Shown piece by piece: positions 37,389 to 45,865 of a stretch of 64,000 nucleotides of DNA. Numbering within the stretch: position 1 is the first letter of the stretch; each line of letters opens with the position of its first letter. Origin of the DNA: a bacterium (GTDB lineage Bacteria > Zhuqueibacterota > Zhuqueibacteria > Residuimicrobiales > Krinioviventaceae); contig CAXXMD010000003.1 of the NCBI GenBank assembly GCA_963675755.2, positions 3,200,001-3,264,000 on the forward strand, in the 5' to 3' direction. Below the pieces are notes generated by a model. The model was not told the origin of the DNA. It was given only the letters and a program-made list of their open reading frames with translations, and searched no databases. The position numbers and the translations under genes were made by a program.

Positions 37389-38786
37389 ATGAAAATAAGG
37401 TTTCTTGGTGGAGCACGTATTGTTACCGGCTCACAACATTTATTAGAAGTGAATGGTAAAAAAATATTACTTGAATGTGGTTTGTACCAGGGACGGCGTA
37501 AAGATACATACGAGTATAACAAGAATTTTATGTTTGATCCTGCTGATCTTGATGCAATGATTTTATCCCACGCACATATTGATCACAGTGGTAATATTCC
37601 CAACTTGGTAAGCAAGGGCTTTACCGGCCCCATTTATACTACAAGTGTAACAGTTGATTTGTGTCAGTTTATGCTCAGAGACTCTGCATATTTGCAGGAA
37701 AAAGATGTAGAGTGGGTTAATAAGCGAAAACAAAAAAAAGGTGAGACGCTTGTTGAACCATTATACACAATGGATGATGTAGAACTGGCAATGAACCAAT
37801 TTGTTGGTATGCAATATGATTATACTTTTGAAATTGTACCAGGAGTCAAAGTAACATTTAGAGACGCGGGACATATACTGGGTTCTGCGAGTGTATTACT
37901 GGAAATTAATGAAAATGGTAAAAAATATCGCTTGGGATTTACAGGAGATATGGGCCGTACCAATATGCCAATTATTCGGGATCCCAATCAATTGCGAGAT
38001 CTGGATATTTTGATAATGGAAAGTACATATGGTGACAGAGTGCATGATGCATCACCTGATGTAGAAAAGAGATTTGCAGAAACTATTAAACGCGTTATTG
38101 ACAGAGGTGGGAAAATAATTGTACCCGCATTTGCTGTAGGACGTACACAATTACTTGTTTATGAATTACATAAATTGTTTGATCAGAACCGAATTCCCAA
38201 CATTCCAATATATGTAGACAGCCCCATGGCATGTAATGCAACTGATGTTTTTAGAATGCATCCCGAATGTTATGACAGGGAAACATATCGTTTGTTTTCT
38301 TCTGACCACGAAGATCCTTTTGGCTTTGGACGTTTAAAATATATTAGAAAAGCTGAAGAGTCCAAGTTGCTGAATACAACTGACAATCCTTGTGTAATTA
38401 TTTCAGCTTCGGGAATGGCTGAAGGTGGTAGAATAATGCATCATTTGAGCAATAATATTGGTGATCCCAAAAATCTTGTACTGTTTGTTGGATATGCTGC
38501 AGAGCACACACTGGCCCGAAAGATAATGGATGGTGAAAAGATAGTAAAGATTTTTGGTGAAGAGCATGCAGTCCGTTGTGAGGTTGAAAAAATAGATGAC
38601 TTTAGTGCCCATGCGGATAGAGATGAAATGATAGATTACTTGAAATTCATAAAGCCTGATCAGTTGAAACATTTGTTCCTTGTTCATGGAGAAGAGGAAC
38701 AAGCTTTGCCTTTCAAGAAAAAGCTGGAATCTTTGGGGTATAAAAATGTTTATTTCCCTGAGAGAGGAAGTGTTTTTACTGTCTAG
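37389..38786 (+). CDS. MBL-fold beta-CASP ribonuclease
   Basis: LSHAHIDHSG, AGHILGS, FTGD, ESTYG, FSAHAD, VHGE. Confidence 0.92.
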   Translation: MKIRFLGGARIVTGSQHLLEVNGKKILLECGLYQGRRKDTYEYNKNFMFDPADLDAMILSHAHIDHSGNIPNLVSKGFTGPIYTTSVTVDLCQFMLRDSAYLQEKDVEWVNKRKQKKGETLVEPLYTMDDVELAMNQFVGMQYDYTFEIVPGVKVTFRDAGHILGSASVLLEINENGKKYRLGFTGDMGRTNMPIIRDPNQLRDLDILIMESTYGDRVHDASPDVEKRFAETIKRVIDRGGKIIVPAFAVGRTQLLVYELHKLFDQNRIPNIPIYVDSPMACNATDVFRMHPECYDRETYRLFSSDHEDPFGFGRLKYIRKAEESKLLNTTDNPCVIISASGMAEGGRIMHHLSNNIGDPKNLVLFVGYAAEHTLARKIMDGEKIVKIFGEEHAVRCEVEKIDDFSAHADRDEMIDYLKFIKPDQLKHLFLVHGEEEQALPFKKKLESLGYKNVYFPERGSVFTV

Positions 38787-38808
38787 TCATCATCATATTT
38801 GATTATAC

Positions 38809-38845
38809 AAAAAGCTGCTTGATTTATTTAGGCAGCTTTTTTTTT
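38809..38845 (+). terminator. Rho-independent terminator
   Basis: aaaaagctgctt...ggcagcttttt stem followed by a long T-run. Confidence 0.85.
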
Positions 38846-38889
38846 GTTGAATAATGCTGTGATTTGATTTGACAGTAAATTTGAATTGC

Positions 38890-38918
38890 TTGAGTTTATG
38901 TGCTATAAATGTTATATT
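38890..38918 (+). promoter_or_regulatory. Candidate sigma70 promoter for the LOV phosphatase
   Basis: TTGAGT-N17-TATATT, with TG preceding the -10. Confidence 0.35.
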
Positions 38919-38942
38919 CTTTTTTTATGATAAAGGATTAAT

Positions 38943-40121
38943 GTGGTTTCATTTTTAACACAAAATAAAGCAAGCATTATTGAACAGGCAATAAATATTT
39001 CTACTGAAGGAATCGTTATTACAGATGCACTTGATCCTCAAAATCCAATTGTATATGTAAATAAGGGTTTTGAAAAAATAACGGGATATAGCAGGGATGA
39101 TTTTATTGGCAAGAATTGCAGAATGCTTCAAGGGGCTGGTACAAGTATTACCGCAGTAGCAGAGATCAGCAAGGCTATACGAGAAAAATTAGCATGTACA
39201 GTTGAATTGATAAATTATCGCAAAGATGGCTCTCCTTTTTGGAACCGATTATCTATTACCCCTTTGCAAAATAAAGATGGAATCACCACGCATTTTGTTG
39301 GAGTACAATCTGATATTACTGAACTCCGAAATACTAAAGAAGAACTGGAAAAAGCCAATTCACAGTTGGAAACTTTTTTTACAGAGATGATACGTGAAAT
39401 GGAACAGGCTCGTATTGCACAAGAGCATCTTATGCCTCGGGAATTGCCTGAATCCAGCTTTGTAAAATTTGCCGTTAAATATGACCCCCTTGAACAAATA
39501 GGTGGTGATTTTTTTGATATTTTTGAATTGGGTGGGCATAATTATGGAGTTTTATTGGCCGATACGACGGGGCATGGTATACCCGCTGCATTGTTAACAT
39601 TTATGACTTCAAACACATTCAAGGGAGCATACCCCGGGGAATTGTCGACCAGAAAGGTGATAGAAAAAACAAATAATACACTTTTCAAACAAATGCCTGA
39701 CGGAACGTTTGTAACCATGTCTTATATGGTTTATAATGCAAAATCTCGTGAATTATATTTTACACAGGCAGGAAGTCCCGCGGCCTTGTTGATTCGTACC
39801 CGAAAGAATACCGTTGATATATTGAGAACTCGTGGAACCTTGGTAGGTATTATACCTCCGGAATTGGCAAAATATGATCAAATAAAATTAGAGCTACAAT
39901 CAGGAGATAAAGTATTATTGTTCACAGATGCCGTATTGGAGGCAAATAATTTAACCGGGGATATTTTAGATATTGAACAATTACAACAGTTTGTACTACA
40001 AAATATAAATCTACCCATTGATGAATTGATTGACAGTGTTTATCAATTTGGTCTTACAGCAGCCAACCGCGCAAAATATCTGGATGATGCCACTCTTGTT
40101 GGATTTCAGGTATTATCATAA
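38943..40121 (+). CDS. LOV (PAS) domain - coiled coil - SpoIIE/PP2C Ser phosphatase
   Basis: NPIVYVN..F..ITGYS...GKNCRMLQG...NYRKDG..FWN...GVQSDIT; PP2C motifs GGDFFD, ADTTGHG, FTD, DDAT. Confidence 0.9.
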   Translation: MVSFLTQNKASIIEQAINISTEGIVITDALDPQNPIVYVNKGFEKITGYSRDDFIGKNCRMLQGAGTSITAVAEISKAIREKLACTVELINYRKDGSPFWNRLSITPLQNKDGITTHFVGVQSDITELRNTKEELEKANSQLETFFTEMIREMEQARIAQEHLMPRELPESSFVKFAVKYDPLEQIGGDFFDIFELGGHNYGVLLADTTGHGIPAALLTFMTSNTFKGAYPGELSTRKVIEKTNNTLFKQMPDGTFVTMSYMVYNAKSRELYFTQAGSPAALLIRTRKNTVDILRTRGTLVGIIPPELAKYDQIKLELQSGDKVLLFTDAVLEANNLTGDILDIEQLQQFVLQNINLPIDELIDSVYQFGLTAANRAKYLDDATLVGFQVLS

Positions 40122-40347
40122 TTAATTACCCCTTTATTTTTATTCTTATTAAATAATTCGCAAAAATTTAAGGTATTTATTGCCTGAATGGTATAAATCT
40201 TGCTTTTAATGATTAATATTAATGAGCATTTTTGTAAATTGTTGTTTTTTAATATGTTGTTGTAGTAGTTTTGGTTCGGCGTAGGTATATTAATGGGAAA
40301 AATAGTCTGCAACAATAAAAAAATTACTTGAAAATTTAAGAGGTGTT

Positions 40348-40743
40348 ATGAAAATTCTTATTGTTGAAGACGATCCGGCTGGCGCAAAAATTCTTGAAGA
40401 CATATTACAATCAGTAGGAAAATGTGATACTGTTATTGATGGGGAAGAAGCTGTGCAAGCATTCAAGTTGGCTTATGAAAAGCAGCAGCCTTATGATTTG
40501 ATTCTTATGGACATCATGATGCCAAATGTTGATGGTCAAGAAGCTTTAAAACTCATTCGGGAAACTGAAAAAGAAAAATACAAAATTTATTCTAATGGTG
40601 TTAAAGTGATCATGGCCACAGCGCTCGATGATCAGGTTAATGTTTTAAAAGCATTTTGTGAGGGTGGTGCCGCAAGTTATCTTGTTAAGCCTATTACACG
40701 AAACAAACTTTTGGGCAAGTTGAATGAAATGGGTTTAATGTAA
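40348..40743 (+). CDS. Single-domain response regulator
   Basis: LIVEDD, LMDIMMP, ATA, YLVKP. Confidence 0.9.
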   Translation: MKILIVEDDPAGAKILEDILQSVGKCDTVIDGEEAVQAFKLAYEKQQPYDLILMDIMMPNVDGQEALKLIRETEKEKYKIYSNGVKVIMATALDDQVNVLKAFCEGGAASYLVKPITRNKLLGKLNEMGLM

Positions 40744-40791
40744 TGCTTGAAAATAATGTGAAATTTTTCATATTAACTAAATGGGGTTACC

Positions 40792-42555
40792 TTGAGTGAA
40801 ATTAATGTAATCAAAGAAAACCTGTTGAATGTAAATAAAAGTTTGATTGCTCTTACAACGGGGACCGAGAAAGAATTCCTGGATATTGGCGCCAAGCTTG
40901 CAGATTATAGTGAAAGATCTAATAAAATCCTGGATATTGCAAAATCTGCGACAGATCTAATTGCCGGCTCAGATATGAAAAATGTAATTCAAGAATTAGG
41001 TGAAATCTTGAACCGGATCAATCGTTATTTAGATTATAATTCTGAAGAACTGGATAATAAGATAAACCAGTTTAGTAAAATTTTGGAAGTTTCAGACAAA
41101 AATAGTTCCCCACTACAGGCACTAGAGAGAAAAACCATGGAACTTCGAATGCTTGGTGTTTCAACCCGTATCGAAAGTGCACATATTAATTCTGAAAATT
41201 CAAGTTTTGTTACATTGTCTAATGAAGTAAATCAATTATCTAATCAGATTGCTGGCAAGTTGGAGATGATAGAAAATGGATTGATGGATTCTTCTAGAAT
41301 CGTAAACAAAACATATAAAGAAGTTAATGAATTTAAATCAAAACAAGCCACATCTGCAATATCCATTTTTTCAAGAATCAATCAATGTATTGATGCGCTT
41401 GTAGTTAAACATGATCAATCTGTAAATATGGTTAATTCAATCCGTGATGATAATCAAAGAATAACCGATGGTGTGAATGGTATTGTAGGCTCTTTGCAGA
41501 TACATGATATAAGCAGACAAAAACTTGAACATGTTACCGAAGCTATTGATGATTTAGATCCTGATGGTATTGATACCCAACAGGAAATTGATAAAGAATA
41601 TATCATGCAAACTGCTGATGTGTGTAAGCTTCAGATTCAACAATTATATAATACCAGAATGGAAATTTTAGATGCTTTTCAATCCATTATTAGTAACGGT
41701 AACAATATTGCTTTAACAACTCGCCAAATGGCTTCAAATACTAGTAAAATGATGACAGCGTCAGATGAGAATAGCTCTGCTTTTTGCTTTGATGTTGAAA
41801 GTGGTATTGAAAGTGTAATTTCTTCATTACGAAATAATGCAAATATTATTCATGATCTTAGTCAAACGACCATGCAGATCTCTGGTTTGATTAATGAGAT
41901 GTCTGTTTTTATTAAAGATATTAAAGAGATCGGAACCAACATTACACTTATTGCCCTGAATGCTATAATTAATGCAGAGCATTTACATAAAGAAGGAGCG
42001 GCATTAAGTGTATTAGCTGATGCAATACAACAATTGTCTGTGAACACCAGACTTGATATTGAAAAGATTGCCGGCAATTTGGGAACGATAACTGAATTGG
42101 CTAAAAATCTAGCTTATCTGAATTCAATTGGCGATGAAAAACTCGAAATAGATACTGTAGTAGATGAAATGTCAATCAATCTCAATAATTTACTGCAAAA
42201 ATTAAACAATATGTTTACGAATAGCTCTAATTATTTGAGTCAAATTGAATCTGATGGAAATTCTTTATTTAATGATTTAGATGCTACAATGAACAGTATT
42301 TCTGTCCACCACAAATTAGATGCCAGTATAATTGATGCAATCAGCCTGCTTAATGCTGTTATTGATCAGGTCCAGAGAATGGTGCCTGAATATGACGGTC
42401 AATCCAGGCAGATCAATACCGATAATTTGTCATCAAGGTATACAATGCAATCAGAACGTTCAATTCATAATGCATTTGTTGATAATACCGTTCAAGATAT
42501 TGCAGATTTTTCAGAATCGGATGACGATTTGGGTGATAATATAGAGTTGTTTTAA
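40792..42555 (+). CDS. Soluble MCP-like chemotaxis protein with two degenerate signalling hairpins
   Basis: No TM; coiled-coil; LRMLGVSTRIESAH and ITLIALNAIINAEHL..EGAALSVLADAI; ends RYTMQSER...DNIELF. Confidence 0.75.
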   Translation: MSEINVIKENLLNVNKSLIALTTGTEKEFLDIGAKLADYSERSNKILDIAKSATDLIAGSDMKNVIQELGEILNRINRYLDYNSEELDNKINQFSKILEVSDKNSSPLQALERKTMELRMLGVSTRIESAHINSENSSFVTLSNEVNQLSNQIAGKLEMIENGLMDSSRIVNKTYKEVNEFKSKQATSAISIFSRINQCIDALVVKHDQSVNMVNSIRDDNQRITDGVNGIVGSLQIHDISRQKLEHVTEAIDDLDPDGIDTQQEIDKEYIMQTADVCKLQIQQLYNTRMEILDAFQSIISNGNNIALTTRQMASNTSKMMTASDENSSAFCFDVESGIESVISSLRNNANIIHDLSQTTMQISGLINEMSVFIKDIKEIGTNITLIALNAIINAEHLHKEGAALSVLADAIQQLSVNTRLDIEKIAGNLGTITELAKNLAYLNSIGDEKLEIDTVVDEMSINLNNLLQKLNNMFTNSSNYLSQIESDGNSLFNDLDATMNSISVHHKLDASIIDAISLLNAVIDQVQRMVPEYDGQSRQINTDNLSSRYTMQSERSIHNAFVDNTVQDIADFSESDDDLGDNIELF

Positions 42556-42571
42556 ATAGAATGGAAAGTAT

Positions 42572-42856
42572 ATGATCAAGTATACGAAACGAGGAAAAAG
42601 CAGAGTAATTACTCTGAATCAAAGCATAGGGATTGAACAGGCTGATGAGCTATATAAAGCTTTGATTTCTTGTTATCAAAAAGCTGAAAAGATAAGCATA
42701 GATGTGAAAAATCTTGAAATAATAGATTTATCTGCTTTACAATTATTATATGCAGCTAAAAAAGCCTGTTCGCTAAAAGGGATTGATTTTTTATTTGATC
42801 CCAACCAGGCACCCTGTGTGCAAGAACAATTATTAAAGACGTGTATAGAGATATAA
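42572..42856 (+). CDS. STAS-domain protein (anti-sigma-antagonist fold)
   Basis: 94 aa; IDVKNLEIIDLSALQLL; typical position before cheY-cheA. Confidence 0.8.
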   Translation: MIKYTKRGKSRVITLNQSIGIEQADELYKALISCYQKAEKISIDVKNLEIIDLSALQLLYAAKKACSLKGIDFLFDPNQAPCVQEQLLKTCIEI

Positions 42857-42872
42857 ATTAAGAGGCCTTTTT

Positions 42873-43238
42873 ATGTCAAAAACAATAATGACAGTAGATG
42901 ATTCCGCAAGTATAAGACAGATGGTGAGTTTTACTCTAAAAAGTGCCGGCTATATTGTGGTTGAGGCCGTGGATGGCAGGGACGCATTAAATAAAATCGA
43001 AAACACCAAGGTTGATCTGATATTAGCAGATTTGAATATGCCCAATATGGATGGCATAACTTTGATTAAAAATGTACGCAGCAATCCTGCTTACAAGTTT
43101 GTTCCCATTGTAATGTTGACAACAGAATCTCAAGCGGACAAAAAACAGGAAGGACGTGCCGCAGGAGCAACAGGTTGGATTGTAAAACCGTTTAAACCGG
43201 AACAGCTTGTTGCTGTTGTAAAAAAGGTATTGGGATAA
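42873..43238 (+). CDS. cheY: Chemotaxis response regulator
   Basis: VDDSASIRQMV, DLNMPNMDG, LTTES, GATGWIVKPF. Confidence 0.93.
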   Translation: MSKTIMTVDDSASIRQMVSFTLKSAGYIVVEAVDGRDALNKIENTKVDLILADLNMPNMDGITLIKNVRSNPAYKFVPIVMLTTESQADKKQEGRAAGATGWIVKPFKPEQLVAVVKKVLG

Positions 43239-43254
43239 AGTAAAGGTAAATCCA

Positions 43255-45336
43255 ATGTCGAATTATCAGGAAGTATTTCTTCAGGAAGCAAATGAGTTAC
43301 TCTATGAACTGGAATCTCAACTTTTAGAGTTGGAGCAAAATCCGGACGATCTTGATCTGGTTGGACGTATTTTTAGAGCATTGCATACCATTAAAGGTTC
43401 AGGTGCAATGTTTGGATTTGATAATGTTTCACAATTCACTCATGATCTTGAAAATATTTTTGATTTGATTCGAAACGAAAAATTAAAAGTCTCTCATGAT
43501 TTAATCGATCTTACTTTGAGATCACGGGATTATATGCAAAGGCTACTTGATGATAATGATGTGATAACCGTTGCATTAAATATCGAGGGGCTTAAGCTGA
43601 CTGAATCCATTCAAGCTTTATTACCCAAAAATGACAAAGATGATACCGAACCTTCCGCTAAATCGGATGAAACTATGCAGTTAGAAACGACGAATGCGGA
43701 TGAACCCAAAGTTTATTTTATCTCCTTTAAACCTTATCCTGATCTTTTTAAAATTGGTATCAACCCTGTTTTGTTACTCGATGAATTACGGGAAATGGGC
43801 GAGTATTATATTAAATCAAATATGGAACGATTACCAGATCTTGAAGAGATTGATCCCGAGTCCTGTTATACGGAATGGAATATTTTATTAAAAACAACAA
43901 ACGATAAAATGATAATACAGGATGTTTTTATCTTTGTTGAAGATGTAGCTGAGATCTCTGTTGTTGAATTGGGGGCGCACCCCGCATTGACACAGAATGT
44001 GCTGCAAAAAATGATTGACCAAATTCCATTCAAGACAAATTTGGAAAAATATGATTTAATGCAAATTGCAGATTCTTTGACTGAATCGAAAAAGAAACAA
44101 ACATCTACTGGTGGTGGAGTAGATACTTTGGTACAATCTGGAAAAGGACCAGAAGCAACAATTCGGGTTGCGTCTGATCGTTTAGATACGCTTGTAGATC
44201 TTGTAGGTGAGTTTGTAACCATGCAGGCACATCTTGCTCAACATTCTAAAAAAAGTCGTGATTCTGAAACACAATTAATGTCAGAGCAGATGGAACGCTT
44301 GACCAGCGAGTTGCGTGATAATGTGATGAGTTTGAGAATGCAGCCCATAGGCACTATTTTTGGTAAATTCAGAAGACTTGTGCGAGATTTATCATCTGAC
44401 TTGAACAAAGAAGTAAAATTGATTACCGAAGGTGAACAAACCGAATTAGATAAATCTGTTATTGAAAAATTGAATGATCCGTTAATGCATATCATCCGTA
44501 ATTCAATAGATCATGGAATTGAATTACCGGCCGAAAGATTAAATAAAGATAAATCAGAAGAAGGAACTGTCAGGCTTGTGGCTTCACATTCCGGTGCCAA
44601 TGTTGTTATTAAAATAATTGATGATGGAAAAGGTCTTGATAAAAACGCCATTTATGAAAAAGCATTAGAACGGTCTCTGGTAACCAAAGAATCAAGTTTA
44701 AGTGATAATGAAATATATCAGTTTATTTTTCATCCTGGATTTTCTACCAATACCGTTGTTACCAACGTGTCTGGACGAGGTGTTGGTATGGATGTTGTTA
44801 AAAAAGCCATTGATGCTTTAGGCGGAACGATAGAAATAAAAAGTGAGGCTGGCAAAGGCACAGAGATTTCTTTAATATTGCCTTTAACACTGGCAATTAT
44901 TGAAGGTCTGCTTGTTTCATTAGGAGATGATTATTTTATTTTACCTTTATCAATTGTTGATGAATGTGTAGAATTGATAAAAAGCAAGGATACTATTGAA
45001 GGGCGGCATTTAATTGATGTTAGAGGTCATATGGTGCCATATCTCCGGTTGCGTGAATACTTTGGAATGGAAAAGAGTACTTCCGGAATTGAGCAAGTTG
45101 TTATCGCAGAAATTAATTCAAATAAATTTGGTTTTGTGGTTGACAATGTTATTGGCGGCCACCAAACGGTTATTAAATCACTGGGGAAATTGTACAAAAA
45201 TATAGAAGGGATTTCAGGAGCTACAATTTTAGGTGATGGTTCAGTGGCTTTGATATTGGATTTAATAAAATTAGAGCAAGCGGCTCTTCAGCTTTATGAA
45301 GAAAATACAACAATTGTTGAATATGCAACGTATTGA
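43255..45336 (+). CDS. cheA: Chemotaxis histidine kinase
   Basis: Hpt FRALHTIKG; P2-like region; dimerisation domain; HIIRNSIDHGIE; SGRGVGMDVV; CheW-like P5. Confidence 0.97.
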   Translation: MSNYQEVFLQEANELLYELESQLLELEQNPDDLDLVGRIFRALHTIKGSGAMFGFDNVSQFTHDLENIFDLIRNEKLKVSHDLIDLTLRSRDYMQRLLDDNDVITVALNIEGLKLTESIQALLPKNDKDDTEPSAKSDETMQLETTNADEPKVYFISFKPYPDLFKIGINPVLLLDELREMGEYYIKSNMERLPDLEEIDPESCYTEWNILLKTTNDKMIIQDVFIFVEDVAEISVVELGAHPALTQNVLQKMIDQIPFKTNLEKYDLMQIADSLTESKKKQTSTGGGVDTLVQSGKGPEATIRVASDRLDTLVDLVGEFVTMQAHLAQHSKKSRDSETQLMSEQMERLTSELRDNVMSLRMQPIGTIFGKFRRLVRDLSSDLNKEVKLITEGEQTELDKSVIEKLNDPLMHIIRNSIDHGIELPAERLNKDKSEEGTVRLVASHSGANVVIKIIDDGKGLDKNAIYEKALERSLVTKESSLSDNEIYQFIFHPGFSTNTVVTNVSGRGVGMDVVKKAIDALGGTIEIKSEAGKGTEISLILPLTLAIIEGLLVSLGDDYFILPLSIVDECVELIKSKDTIEGRHLIDVRGHMVPYLRLREYFGMEKSTSGIEQVVIAEINSNKFGFVVDNVIGGHQTVIKSLGKLYKNIEGISGATILGDGSVALILDLIKLEQAALQLYEENTTIVEYATY

Positions 45337-45340
45337 GTAG

Positions 45341-45835
45341 ATGGAGGAAAACATGTCAGAAGTTTTAACATTGGAACAAACTCAATACCTCAGCTTTTAT
45401 TTGGATGATGAACAATACGCTTTAGATATAACACAGGTTAGAGAGGTATTGGATGTAACAAAAGTAACAAAGGTACCCAAAACCCCGGACTATATGTTGG
45501 GGGTCATTAATCTTCGTGGTAGTGTTGTACCGGTAATAGATATGTGTCTTAAATTTGGTTTGCCCAAAATTGATATTACCCGAGATAGCTGTATTATTAT
45601 TGTTGAAGTTAAAGTCGAGGAAGATAAAGTCGTTTTAGGAGCACTGGCTGATTCCGTCAAAGAAGTGTTTGAACTGGGATCAGAAGAAATTGAAGCAGTA
45701 CCCAAAATGGGTACACGTTTGAAAACAGATTTTATTAAAGGTATGGGAAAATATAATGATGATTTTGTGATTATTTTAGATATTGATAAAATTTTTTCTA
45801 CCCAAGATCTAAGTCTGGTTCAAGAAGTAAATTAA
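45341..45835 (+). CDS. cheW: Chemotaxis coupling protein
   Basis: VREVL, GVINLRGSVVPVID. Confidence 0.96.
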   Translation: MEENMSEVLTLEQTQYLSFYLDDEQYALDITQVREVLDVTKVTKVPKTPDYMLGVINLRGSVVPVIDMCLKFGLPKIDITRDSCIIIVEVKVEEDKVVLGALADSVKEVFELGSEEIEAVPKMGTRLKTDFIKGMGKYNDDFVIILDIDKIFSTQDLSLVQEVN

Positions 45836-45865
45836 GCATAAATAAAGAAGTAAGGGGTAATAAAG

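Noticed and set aside
37389-38786. MBL protein as a beta-lactamase or defence nuclease
   Set aside because: The motif set and length are those of housekeeping beta-CASP RNases; there is no signal peptide or defence context.
40122-40347. c-di-GMP riboswitch or sRNA upstream of the chemosensory cluster
   Set aside because: No GEMM-type conserved motifs or convincing paired stems could be identified by eye.
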